DNA of 11,314 nt from an uncultured Negativicutes bacterium (GTDB lineage: Bacteria; Bacillota; Negativicutes; JBAXTZ01): the NCBI GenBank assembly GCA_963721525.1, contig CAVRJL010000005.1, forward strand, positions 1 through 11,314. The letters are read 5' to 3'. A model generated the notes under the pieces. That model saw nothing but the letters and a program-made list of their open reading frames with translations, did no database searches and was not told the origin of the DNA. Below, piece by piece: positions 1-11,069 of the stretch; positions within the stretch are counted from its first letter, which is position 1, and each line of letters opens with the position of its first letter. The translations under genes and the position numbers were made by a program.

Positions 1-16
1 TTAACAAACAAAGTGT

Positions 17-45
17 ATTTTACAATCTTTCTAAAATCTTGTCAA
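17..45 (-). promoter_or_regulatory. Near-consensus sigma70/sigma-A promoter for a gene beyond the left edge
   Basis: Minus strand reads TTGACA (45-40), a 17-nt spacer, then TAAAAT (22-17). An A/T-rich UP-like tract lies upstream. The site is intergenic, downstream of murA. Confidence 0.8.
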
Positions 46-106
46 TACTTTTTATTGTAAAAACTTTTAAATACTTCTTCTTTAACTTTTTAACTTGATG
101 TGTTTT

Positions 107-235
107 TTATTCTTCTTTTAACTGGTTTAAATATTTTTTTACTGCTAATAAAATTAGAAGCTTTAGGCGTTTTTTATAAACTTCTTTTGTTTCACATTTG
201 AAAATTATTTCTACTTTCATTATTAGTTTGCTCAT
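107..235 (-). CDS. Possible small 42-aa hypothetical protein (MSKLIMKVEIIFKCETKEVYKKRLKLLILLAVKKYLNQLKEE)
   Basis: Read by hand: ATG at 235-233 to TAA at 109-107, co-oriented with murA. No clear Shine-Dalgarno and no recognised homology. Confidence 0.2.
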   Translation of the reverse strand: MSKLIMKVEIIFKCETKEVYKKRLKLLILLAVKKYLNQLKEE

Positions 236-288
236 CAGAGCATATTATGAAATAAAATAATATAATTTACCCTTATATATTGCATTTA

Positions 289-1554
289 TTATATATTTAT
301 TTTTTTAATATTAGCTCCAACAGCACTTAATTTTTCTATTATCCCAGCATAACCTCTATTTATGTGATTAATGTTTCCTATTGTTGTTTCTCCTTTAGCT
401 GCCAAACCCGCTAAAATCATTGCTGCACCTGCTCTTAAATCAGTTGCATTGACATAATTTCCATAAATAGTTTGAACACCTTTAACATACGCAGTATGTC
501 CTTCAATAATAATTTTTGCAGCTAATTTATTGAATTCGTCAATATGCATAAATCTATTTTCAAACACTGTCTCAGTGATACTACTTATACCTTTTGAAAT
601 TAACATTAATGACATAAATTGCGCTTGCATATCTGTAGGGAAACCCGGATAAGGTAATGTTTTTATATCAACACTTTTATATTTTTCTCTGCCTTCAACA
701 GTGATACTAAACGCATCTTCTTCTATTTTTACTCCTGCTTCGCGCAATTTTGCTATTACAGGTAACAAGTGCTCAGATAAAACATTTTTTAATTTTATTT
801 TTCCTTTAGTTATAGCGGCAGCTATCATGTACGTTCCTGCTTCAAGTCTATCTGGAATGATTGTATGGTTTACGCCTTTCATGTATTTCACGCCTTGAAT
901 TTTTATTGTAGCCGTCCCAGCCCCTTTTACATTGGATCCCATACTATTTAAACAATTAGCTAAGTCGACTATTTCAGGTTCTTTAGCAGCATTTTCAATA
1001 ATAGTTACTCCCTTTGCTAAACTTGCTGCCATCATAATATTTTCTGTAGCTCCAACACTTGGAAAATCAAGATAAATATAGTTTCCTTTTAATCCCTTTT
1101 TTGGAGCTATTGCTTCAATTGTCTCATTTTCTCGAATTATAGTAGCTCCTAACGCTTTGAACCCTTTAAAATGTAATTCCATTGATCGTGTCCCAATAGC
1201 GCATCCCCCCGGTAATGCTATTTTACAACGACCAAATTTACTTAACATAGGTCCTATAATTAAATTTGAAGCACGCATTTTATTTACTAATTCTCTTGGC
1301 GCTTCAAATTTATCAATATTTTTACTATCTATTTTTAAATTTTCTTTTGCAGAATCATATTCAATTCTAACTCCTAACGCGCGAAGAACTTCCGATATAG
1401 TTCTTACATCATAAAGATTTGCTACTTCATCTAAGTTACTTGGCGTTTCAGCTAATAACGTTGCTGGTATAATTGTCAAAACAGAATTTTTAGCTCCGCT
1501 CACTTTTATTGTTCCATTTAAAGGTTTACCACCTTGTATAACTATTTGTTCCAA
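289..1554 (-). CDS. murA: UDP-N-acetylglucosamine 1-carboxyvinyltransferase
   Basis: 421 aa with SGAKNS, MRAS, LPGGCAIG (catalytic-loop Cys), SVGATEN, PYPGFPTDMQAQ, ETVFENRF and ATDLRAGAA motifs. GGAGG RBS precedes the TTG start. Confidence 0.98.
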   Translation of the reverse strand: MEQIVIQGGKPLNGTIKVSGAKNSVLTIIPATLLAETPSNLDEVANLYDVRTISEVLRALGVRIEYDSAKENLKIDSKNIDKFEAPRELVNKMRASNLIIGPMLSKFGRCKIALPGGCAIGTRSMELHFKGFKALGATIIRENETIEAIAPKKGLKGNYIYLDFPSVGATENIMMAASLAKGVTIIENAAKEPEIVDLANCLNSMGSNVKGAGTATIKIQGVKYMKGVNHTIIPDRLEAGTYMIAAAITKGKIKLKNVLSEHLLPVIAKLREAGVKIEEDAFSITVEGREKYKSVDIKTLPYPGFPTDMQAQFMSLMLISKGISSITETVFENRFMHIDEFNKLAAKIIIEGHTAYVKGVQTIYGNYVNATDLRAGAAMILAGLAAKGETTIGNINHINRGYAGIIEKLSAVGANIKKINI

Positions 1555-1595
1555 CTAATATCCTCCGTACCGAACTACTGAGTGTTTTTGATTAA

Positions 1596-2000
1596 TCAAT
1601 TTTTAGCAATATTAATCCTTATTTGTGCTCGTTTACGAGCATTATCCCAAACTAGTTTTTCTCTTGAATCTAGTTGTTCGTTCGTTAATTTTTCTTTTGC
1701 TCTATTTAATGAGTATTTTGCCCTTATAATATCAATATCTAATGCTTTTTCCGCGGTGGCTGTCATAATTATTATTTTATTATCGACTTTATGTAAAATA
1801 CCACCACTAATCGCCATTTTTTCTTGGCCTTTTTCTGTAAATATTTTCAATATCCCAATATCTAAAGCTGCTATAATAGGGATATGCTTAGGTAATAAAC
1901 CAATATCTCCATCTATTGCCCTAACTACAACCATTGTAACGTCTCCAGTATAAGCAATACGAGAAGAAGTAATAACTTCAAGGTTCATTGTATTTGCCAT
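1596..2000 (-). CDS. atpC: F1Fo ATP synthase epsilon subunit (134 aa)
   Basis: GDIGLLPKHIP, ISGG and IDIIRA motifs; last gene of the atp operon. Start moved to ATG at 2000, after a GAGGTG RBS. Confidence 0.95.
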   Translation of the reverse strand: MANTMNLEVITSSRIAYTGDVTMVVVRAIDGDIGLLPKHIPIIAALDIGILKIFTEKGQEKMAISGGILHKVDNKIIIMTATAEKALDIDIIRAKYSLNRAKEKLTNEQLDSREKLVWDNARKRAQIRINIAKN

Positions 2001-2001
2001 T

Positions 2002-4429
<2,428 letters not shown>

Positions 4430-4504
4430 AACATACTCCACACTCTTAAACGGTAATTTTGCTTATATTGGTAATCATTTTATCTCATTTTTTATACCTT
4501 ATTA

Positions 4505-6030
4505 CTATTTATATATACTTATTTTATTTTTAAAAATTTCTTTAAATTCTTGTAACACTTCTTTTAATTTATTTTCACAACCCGAATCAATCACTTTTTT
4601 TCATTTATTTCCTTTAACATTTCTTTATAATTACTCTTTAAAAAAGAAAGCAATTCATTCTCGAAAATAAATACTTTTTCAATGTCAATATCATCAAGAT
4701 ATCCATTAATTCCAGCATATATACTTACTATTTGTTCTTCTACCTCCATAGGTGTATATTGGGATTGTTTTAATAATTCCATCATTATTTTACCACGTTT
4801 TAACATTGCCATAGTCGCTTTATCAAGTTCAGAGCCAAATTGAGCAAACGCCTCCATTTCGCGATATTGCGCTAAATCTAATCTTAATTTTCCTGCAACT
4901 TGTTTCATTGCCTGTATTTGAGCAGCACCTCCAACACGAGATACAGATATACCTACATTTATAGCAGGCCTAAATCCTGAGTAAAATAAGTCACTTTCTA
5001 AAAAAATTTGTCCATCTGTAATGGAAATAACATTAGTAGGTATGTAAGCAGCAATATCGCCTGCTTGAGTTTCAATAATTGGCAATGCGGTTAATGAACC
5101 AGAACCTAAATTATTAGAAAGTTTTGATGCTCTTTCTAATAAACGTGAATGTAAATAAAATACATCTCCAGGAAAAGCCTCACGACCAGGAGGACGTCTA
5201 AGTAATAATGACATCGCTCTGTAAGCTTGTGCATGCTTAGTTAAATCATCATATATGCATAAAGCATGTTGTCCTTTAAACATAAAATATTCGCCTATTG
5301 CACAACCTGCATAGGGTGCAATATATTGAAGTGTAGAACTATCAGATGCAGATGCTACAACTACGATTGAATATTCCATTGCTCCATATTTTTTTAAGAT
5401 AGTTACCAGTTTAGCAACCGTTGAAGCTTTCTGCCCAATAGCAATATAAATGCAAATCATATCTTTGCTTTTTTGATTGATAATTGTATCAATTGCAATT
5501 GAAGTTTTCCCGGTTTGCCGATCACCTATTATTAATTCACGTTGGCCTCGCCCAATGGGAATCATAGAATCAATAGCCTTTATTCCTGTTTGCAATGGCT
5601 CCTTAACCGATTGACGCCCAGCAATTCCTGTCGCGACCATTTCTATAGGGCGATATTGAGCTGTGTTTATAGGTCCTTTACCGTCAATAGGTTCACCTAA
5701 AACATTTATTACTCTGCCAATCATTTCTTCGCCTACAGGGATAGACATAATACGTTTTGTACGGCGTACTGTATTTCCTTCATTAATTAATGATTCTCCC
5801 CCTAAAAGAACAGCTCCGACATGTTCTTCTTCTAGATTTAAAACTATACCATAAATATTATGTGGAAATTCCAATATTTCTCCAGCCATTACTTTCTTTA
5901 ATCCATAAATTATGGCTACTCCATTACTAACAGAAATAACCAATCCTACTTCATCAATATTAATTTCAGCATTATAATTTTCTAGCTGATTTTTCAAAAT
6001 TGATGTTATTTCTTCAGGTCTAATATCCAT
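4505..6030 (-). CDS. atpA: F1Fo ATP synthase alpha subunit; frameshift near the 3' end (restored length 508 aa)
   Basis: [41 protein letters not shown] and SVSRVGG. The ORF stops at 4591, but one added A in the A7 run (4595-4601) gives the alpha-like tail [32 protein letters not shown], ending at TAG 4507-4505. Confidence 0.95.
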
Positions 6031-6036
6031 TTACCT

Positions 6037-6588
6037 TCACACACCTTTATGTTTTTTAAGTAAAAATGACTTGAGAACTTCTAATTTACGCTTAACTGTT
6101 CCATCATAGCATTCATCATTAATACGTATTGCTATACCAGCAATACTTTTTGAATCAATAATAACCTTTAACTTAATCGTTTTCCTAGTTAACACACGCA
6201 AACGGTCAATAATTTTTTCTTTCATAGCTTCGTTTAAAGGTTTAGCTAATATAATTGTAATCGTTATTATTTTGCGTTCAATATCTGAATATTCCTTAAA
6301 AAGTGTAAATATTGTAGGTAAAATGCTTATTCGTCTTTTGCCAAAAACAAATCTTAAAAACGATATAGTTAAAAAATTAAATTTATTTAAAAATAATTTT
6401 TCAATAACTTCGTTCTTTTTAGTTATAAAAATTAACGGATTATCTAGCATTTCTTTTAATTTTTTGTTTAAAGTTATCAAATCAAAAAATACTGTTAAAT
6501 CTTTTTCTATATCATCTAATATATTATTTTCTGACGCAACTGCACATAATGCATGCGCATAATTAGAAGCCACTTTACTAACTAACAT
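6037..6588 (-). CDS. atpH: F1Fo ATP synthase delta subunit (about 183 aa)
   Basis: VASNYAHAL N-terminus, LDNP, and IDSKSIAGIAIRINDECYDGTV C-terminal motif. Lies between atpF and atpA. Likely ATG at 6588 after GGGGA, overlapping the atpF end. Confidence 0.92.
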   Translation of the reverse strand: MLVSKVASNYAHALCAVASENNILDDIEKDLTVFFDLITLNKKLKEMLDNPLIFITKKNEVIEKLFLNKFNFLTISFLRFVFGKRRISILPTIFTLFKEYSDIERKIITITIILAKPLNEAMKEKIIDRLRVLTRKTIKLKVIIDSKSIAGIAIRINDECYDGTVKRKLEVLKSFLLKKHKGV

Positions 6589-7083
6589 ATTTTTCCCCAA
6601 TATTTTCAATGGTTAATTGTTCTATATATTCATTTGCGAATCGTTCTTCATCTTTAGCGTTTATTTCACGATTTATAATTTTAGATGCACACTGAATTGC
6701 TATTTCAATTATTTCTTTGCGAGTATCCTCAAGCATTTTATCCTTTTGTCGAAGTAACTCGGCTTTTGTTATTTTAATCAATTTAAGATTTTCTTCTCTA
6801 GATTCATCCAAAAACCTTTCCTTAAGTTCTTTAGCTTGATTTTTAGCTTGATCTAGAATTTTTTGAGCCTGAATTTTTGTTTCCTGCAATTGCTTAAAAT
6901 ATTCTTCTTTTAAATTTTTAGCATTTTCATATTCATGTTCAGCATTACTAATTCTATTTATTATTTGACTTCACGTTCATGCATAATTTTTAAGATTGGT
7001 TTATAAGCCAAAAAACTTAAAACCGCAACCATAATTAAAAAATTTATTAATTGAATAATAACGGTAGCGTTAATATTTAACAA
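6578..7083 (-). CDS. atpF: F1Fo ATP synthase b subunit; one frameshift (restored length 168 aa)
   Basis: AAGGAGG then TTG at 7083 gives MLNINATVIIQLINFLIMVAVLSFLAYKPILKIMHERE (typical b membrane anchor) and a stop. Adding one base near 6964-6971 joins it to IINRISNAEHEYENAKNLKEEY and the 6578-6889 coiled-coil ORF. Confidence 0.92.
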
Positions 7084-7130
7084 ATTCAACCTCCTTCATT
7101 TAAATATAAATAATTAATTTCTATAATAAA

Positions 7131-7382
7131 TTATTTCATTAAAGGATTGCCATAGATAAGTATAAAAGCGATGACAACGGCTATAATAGGGACTGCTTCA
7201 ATTAAGCCTATAGACAATAACATGTTGGTTAAAATATTTTGCCTAGCTTCAGGTTGACGAGCCATACTTTCAATTGCTTTACTTGCAACAATCCCATCTC
7301 CTATTCCTGCCGCAATAGCTGCTAATCCTACAACAAGAGCCGCTGCAATTGCTGTTAATCCTGCGAAAACTGCATGTTCCAT
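7131..7382 (-). CDS. atpE: F1Fo ATP synthase c subunit (83 aa)
   Basis: Two hydrophobic helices with AAGIGDG, the ARQPEA loop and GLIEAVP (essential Glu). Start moved to ATG at 7382, after GGAGG. Confidence 0.97.
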   Translation of the reverse strand: MEHAVFAGLTAIAAALVVGLAAIAAGIGDGIVASKAIESMARQPEARQNILTNMLLSIGLIEAVPIIAVVIAFILIYGNPLMK

Positions 7383-7476
7383 AAAACCCTCCAATTTACT
7401 AAATTATAATATTAAAAGTGTTTAAAAAACAACTCTGTAATATATTTATTATATTTCTTATATAAATTTGACAAGT

Positions 7477-8190
7477 TTATTCAAAGTTACTCTTTTTTTT
7501 GTAAAAAACCGAAATATAAGAAATAGTCAACAAAGTAAAAACAAAAGCTTGCACCACTGTTACAAATAATCCAAAAATCATCCAAATAATTGTTGGAAAT
7601 GGAAACCATTTTGGTAAAATTAAATTTAAAACTATTAATAATACATCCCCAGCAACAATATTACCAAAAAGACGTAAAGACAATGTTATCGGTTTTGCCA
7701 ATTCTTCGATAATATTTAAAGGGAAAAAAATAGGAAAAGGTTTAAAATAATGTCTAATATATGCGATTAATCCCTGTTTATATAATGCGATTATCTGAAC
7801 AAATAAAAAGACGAATACGCCTAAACTAACAGTAGTATTGATATCTGCTGTAGGAGCTGCGATAAGAGGCAAATCTCCTATAAAATTACACATAAATATA
7901 AAAATAAATAAAGTAGAAATAAATGGTAAAATATGTTGATTATTTTTACCTATAGATTCATCTAATAAACTCTTAATATTACCTAAAAACATTTCAAATA
8001 AAAGTTGAGCTCCTTTAGGTTTTAAACTCAATTTTTTTACTGCAAAATAAGCAAATACTACTACTAATAACATAGCAAACCATGTCATAATAATAGTATC
8101 CAAATTAAAACTCACACCATATAAGCTTATTATATAATGGTGCCCAATTTCCGAAGGAGAATACAAATTTAATATCCCTTTTTCTTGCAT
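7477..8190 (-). CDS. atpB: F1Fo ATP synthase a subunit
   Basis: 237-aa membrane protein with APTADINTT, PLNIIEELAKPITLSLRLFGNI (essential Arg) and QAFVFTLLT. Confidence 0.97.
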   Translation of the reverse strand: MQEKGILNLYSPSEIGHHYIISLYGVSFNLDTIIMTWFAMLLVVVFAYFAVKKLSLKPKGAQLLFEMFLGNIKSLLDESIGKNNQHILPFISTLFIFIFMCNFIGDLPLIAAPTADINTTVSLGVFVFLFVQIIALYKQGLIAYIRHYFKPFPIFFPLNIIEELAKPITLSLRLFGNIVAGDVLLIVLNLILPKWFPFPTIIWMIFGLFVTVVQAFVFTLLTISYISVFYKKKSNFE

Positions 8191-8576
8191 TACGTTAAAT
8201 TCCTCTTATTATAGCCTTGTAAAATAATATAGAATGAGTAAATCTTATTTCCAAATGATACTGTCATTAATCCTATAAATAAACCTAATGGTTCTATTCC
8301 AATTTTCAATACTAAAGCAATGGATACACACAAAAAAATTAATCTTAAAGCTAACCATTGCAATATAGATATTAAGGGTTTTCTGTTATTGCCAATCCCT
8401 CTTATTCTTTTAAAAAACATCAGAAAATAAATAAAACTTAATATTATTCCTATAACGCAAGCTAAAATTCCTTTAAACTCTAATATAGAAAAAACTACAC
8501 ATAAAGATAAAGGCATAGTATATAAAGAAAAAATAATAATTTTTTTACCAAAAATATTCAAGTCATCATTAAACAT
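8190..8576 (-). CDS. atpI: ATP synthase protein I (c-ring assembly factor)
   Basis: 128 aa with about four hydrophobic segments, directly upstream of atpB and coupled to it by a TAATG overlap. Assigned by position and hydropathy. Confidence 0.75.
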   Translation of the reverse strand: MFNDDLNIFGKKIIIFSLYTMPLSLCVVFSILEFKGILACVIGIILSFIYFLMFFKRIRGIGNNRKPLISILQWLALRLIFLCVSIALVLKIGIEPLGLFIGLMTVSFGNKIYSFYIILQGYNKRNLT

Positions 8577-8775
8577 CAGTCAACCGTTTAAATGTATTAT
8601 ACAATCCACACACGAAAGCTACAAAAGTCATTATTACTAAGAAGAAAGGACTTGTTCTTAAGTAATAATCTATAAAGTAACCTATCAAAATTCCTAAAAA
8701 AATCCAAAAGACTAATCTCCAGGATAGAGAAACTAGAAAACTTAAACTTTTTATTATTTCTATTTCTTTTTTCAT
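8569..8775 (-). CDS. AtpZ/AtpI-family (ATPase gene 1) small membrane protein
   Basis: 68 aa with the family pattern GILIGYFIDYYLRTSPFFL and two TM segments. First gene of the atp operon, overlapping the atpI start. Confidence 0.85.
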   Translation of the reverse strand: MKKEIEIIKSLSFLVSLSWRLVFWIFLGILIGYFIDYYLRTSPFFLVIMTFVAFVCGLYNTFKRLTDV

Positions 8776-8786
8776 AAATATATTGA

Positions 8787-8797
8787 ATTATAACACA
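8787..8797 (-). promoter_or_regulatory. Extended -10 promoter of the atp operon
   Basis: Minus strand TGTG-T-TATAAT matches the TRTGnTATAAT consensus, in the wecB-atpZ spacer. No good -35 at 17 nt (GTAATG). Confidence 0.6.
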
Positions 8798-8893
8798 ATT
8801 TTCTACTAACATTACTTATATTTACATAATTATTTTGCTTTTAATAATTTACTTTTTGATATACTTTATTTTTTAAGAACTATAGCTATATTT

Positions 8894-10024
8894 TTATAAG
8901 TTATATTTTTTAATAATTATATTTGAAATTCTTTTTGACGCCAAACCGTCTCCATAGGGATTTTTAACATTAGCCATTTTTTCATAAAAATTCTTATCCT
9001 TTAATAATTTCTCAGCGGAAGAGCAAATTAATTTCTTATTAGAACCTACTAATAAAGCACTTCCAGCAGCTAAAAGTTCAGGACGCTCAGTATCTTCTCT
9101 AAGTATTAATAGAGGTTTACCCAACGATAGCTTTCTTCCTGTAAACCGCCTGAATCAGTTAATACCATTGTACATTTAGCCATTAAATTTACAAAATCTT
9201 CATTCCCCAAAGGTTCTATTAAATGTATGTGCTTTTTATTTTTCAATTCCTCATCAACTATTTTTCTTACAACAGGATTTTTATGCACTGGAAAAATTAT
9301 CTCAATATTCAAAGTTTTATTTAAAAAATTTTTTACCGCACGAAATATGTTACGCATAGGATCACCAAAATTTTCTCGTCTATGTACAGTAAGTAATATT
9401 AATTTTTTAGAGAAATCTACATTAGGCAAAATTTGAGATAAGTTAAAATCTTGTTTAACAGACATTAGTAAAGCATCGACCACTGTATTACCCGTTACAA
9501 AAATATCTTTTGAACTTATTCCCTCTTTTAATAAATTATTATAAGCAGCATACGTAGGGGAAAAATGTATATCTACAAGTTTGCTTATTAAACTTCGATT
9601 CATTTCTTCGGGCCATGGAGAATATTTATTTCCTGTTCTTAACCCAGCTTCTACATGACCTATAGAAACTTTCTTATAAAAACCTGCTAATGACGCAGCA
9701 AAACTAGTAGTAGTATCGCCATGGACAAGGATTAAATTCGGTTTAATTTTTTCAAACTTTTCTTCTAATCCTCCAATAATTTTACAAGTAATGTCCGATA
9801 AAGATTGATTTTCCTCATAATATCTAAATTAAAATAAGGTTTTATCTAAATATTTCTAAAACTTGATCAAGCATTTCTCGATGTTGACCAGTGACAATTA
9901 CTAAAGGCTCTATAATATTAGAATATTTATTTAACTCTTTAACAATAGGTGACATTTTAATAGCTTCAGGGCGTGTCCCAAAAACTATAACTATTTTAAA
10001 TTTATTTTTTTTAAAGCCTAGCAT
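8894..10024 (-). CDS. wecB: UDP-N-acetylglucosamine 2-epimerase (non-hydrolysing, WecB/MnaA); three frameshifts (restored length about 377 aa)
   Basis: [78 protein letters not shown] and NPYGDG occur in order across frames. One base is missing near each of 9847, 9815 and 9130-9134. Confidence 0.92.
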
Positions 10025-10039
10025 TTTAACTACACATCC

Positions 10040-11069
10040 CTATTTGTCGAAATTATTTGTTTTTTTGAGTAAAAGTATTATCTTTACATTTAATACGATA
10101 TTTATAGTTAACACAAATAGTATTATTAAATTAATATCATAAGTGTATTTTATGAATAAAATTGCAAATGTACATAATATAATACTTATACCATACATAA
10201 CAAGTACTGCTTGTTTCATAGTAAGCCCTTTTTGAAGAAGTTTATGATGCAAATGTCCTTTATCCGGAGTAAAAATTGGTTTTCCGTTTTTAAAACGTCG
10301 TATAATAGTACAAGTAGTATCAAAAATAGGTACTCCAAGAGCTAAAATAGGGACCATTATTGTTATTGCAGTTAAGCTTTTAATCGAACCCGCCATAGAA
10401 ACGCTAGCTAAACAATAACCTAAAAACATACTTCCTGTATCACCCATAAATATAGTTGCAGGATTAAAATTATATTGTAAAAAGCCTAAAGTCGCTCCTA
10501 CTATAGCTAATGTCATAATACCAGTTATAATGAAATTTACTTTAACTGCCATTATCGAAATAGTAACAGCAGCAATTAAAGAAATACCTGCTGCTAAACC
10601 ATCTAATCCATCAATAATATTTATAACATTAATAAATCCTATAACCCATAATATAGTTAATGGAACAGAAATAAATATAGGTAAATGAATTATTTCAGCC
10701 CAAAAGGATTAGAAATCCACTCTATACGCACATCAAAAAAAATCAAAATACAAGCAGCAATAATTTCAACTAACAATTTTTTCTTAGGTTTCACTCCAAC
10801 TAAATCATCACAAATTCCTAAGATGAGAACTACAGTTCCGCCAGTAATAATAGAAATAATCTCATTTGTTAAATTTACCGTACATAAAATAGCACTAATA
10901 AAAGCTATATATATAGCAAGCCCACCTAAACGTGCTATTGGTTTTTGATGAACTTTTCGTAGTTCAGGGATATCTATAGCCCTATTTTAAATGCTAGTTT
11001 CTTTATTAATGGAGTTAAAAAATATGATACTGTTAATGAAATTAAAAAAGATTTTATATATACATTCAT
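10040..11069 (-). CDS. tagO: Undecaprenyl-phosphate alpha-GlcNAc-1-phosphate transferase (TagO/WecA, glycosyltransferase family 4); two frameshifts (restored length about 343 aa)
   Basis: ATG at 11069 gives MNVYIK...LTP...KIG, then AIDIPELRKVHQKPIARLGGLAI, GICDD, NIIDGLDGLAAG, YNFNPATIFMGDTGS and DKGHLHH. One base is missing at each of two GGG runs (10980-10982 and 10699-10701). Confidence 0.9.

Noticed and set aside
185-245. CTGATGA...GAAA on the minus strand, resembling a hammerhead ribozyme core
   Set aside because: I could not form stem I or a convincing stem II or III around the core. It also lacks the 5' GAUGG pseudoknot pattern of a fluoride riboswitch.
4430-4504. 75-nt atpA-atpG spacer with short repeats (GGTAAT twice, TCATTTT twice)
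   Set aside because: The repeats are too short to be significant in AT-rich DNA, and no stable hairpin is evident.
4564-4593. TGA read-through (genetic code 4) to explain the short atpA
   Set aside because: In-frame continuation gives only LIRVVKIN-stop with no alpha similarity, and the real tail is in another frame. TGA also serves as the normal stop of atpH.
7448-7474. TTGTCA...TATAAT upstream of atpE (possible internal promoter)
   Set aside because: The spacer is only 15 nt, and such hexamers arise easily in this AT-rich spacer.
8597-8812. 71-aa minus-strand ORF overlapping atpZ
   Set aside because: It is an alternative frame of atpZ, which carries the family motif, and it starts upstream of the putative promoter.
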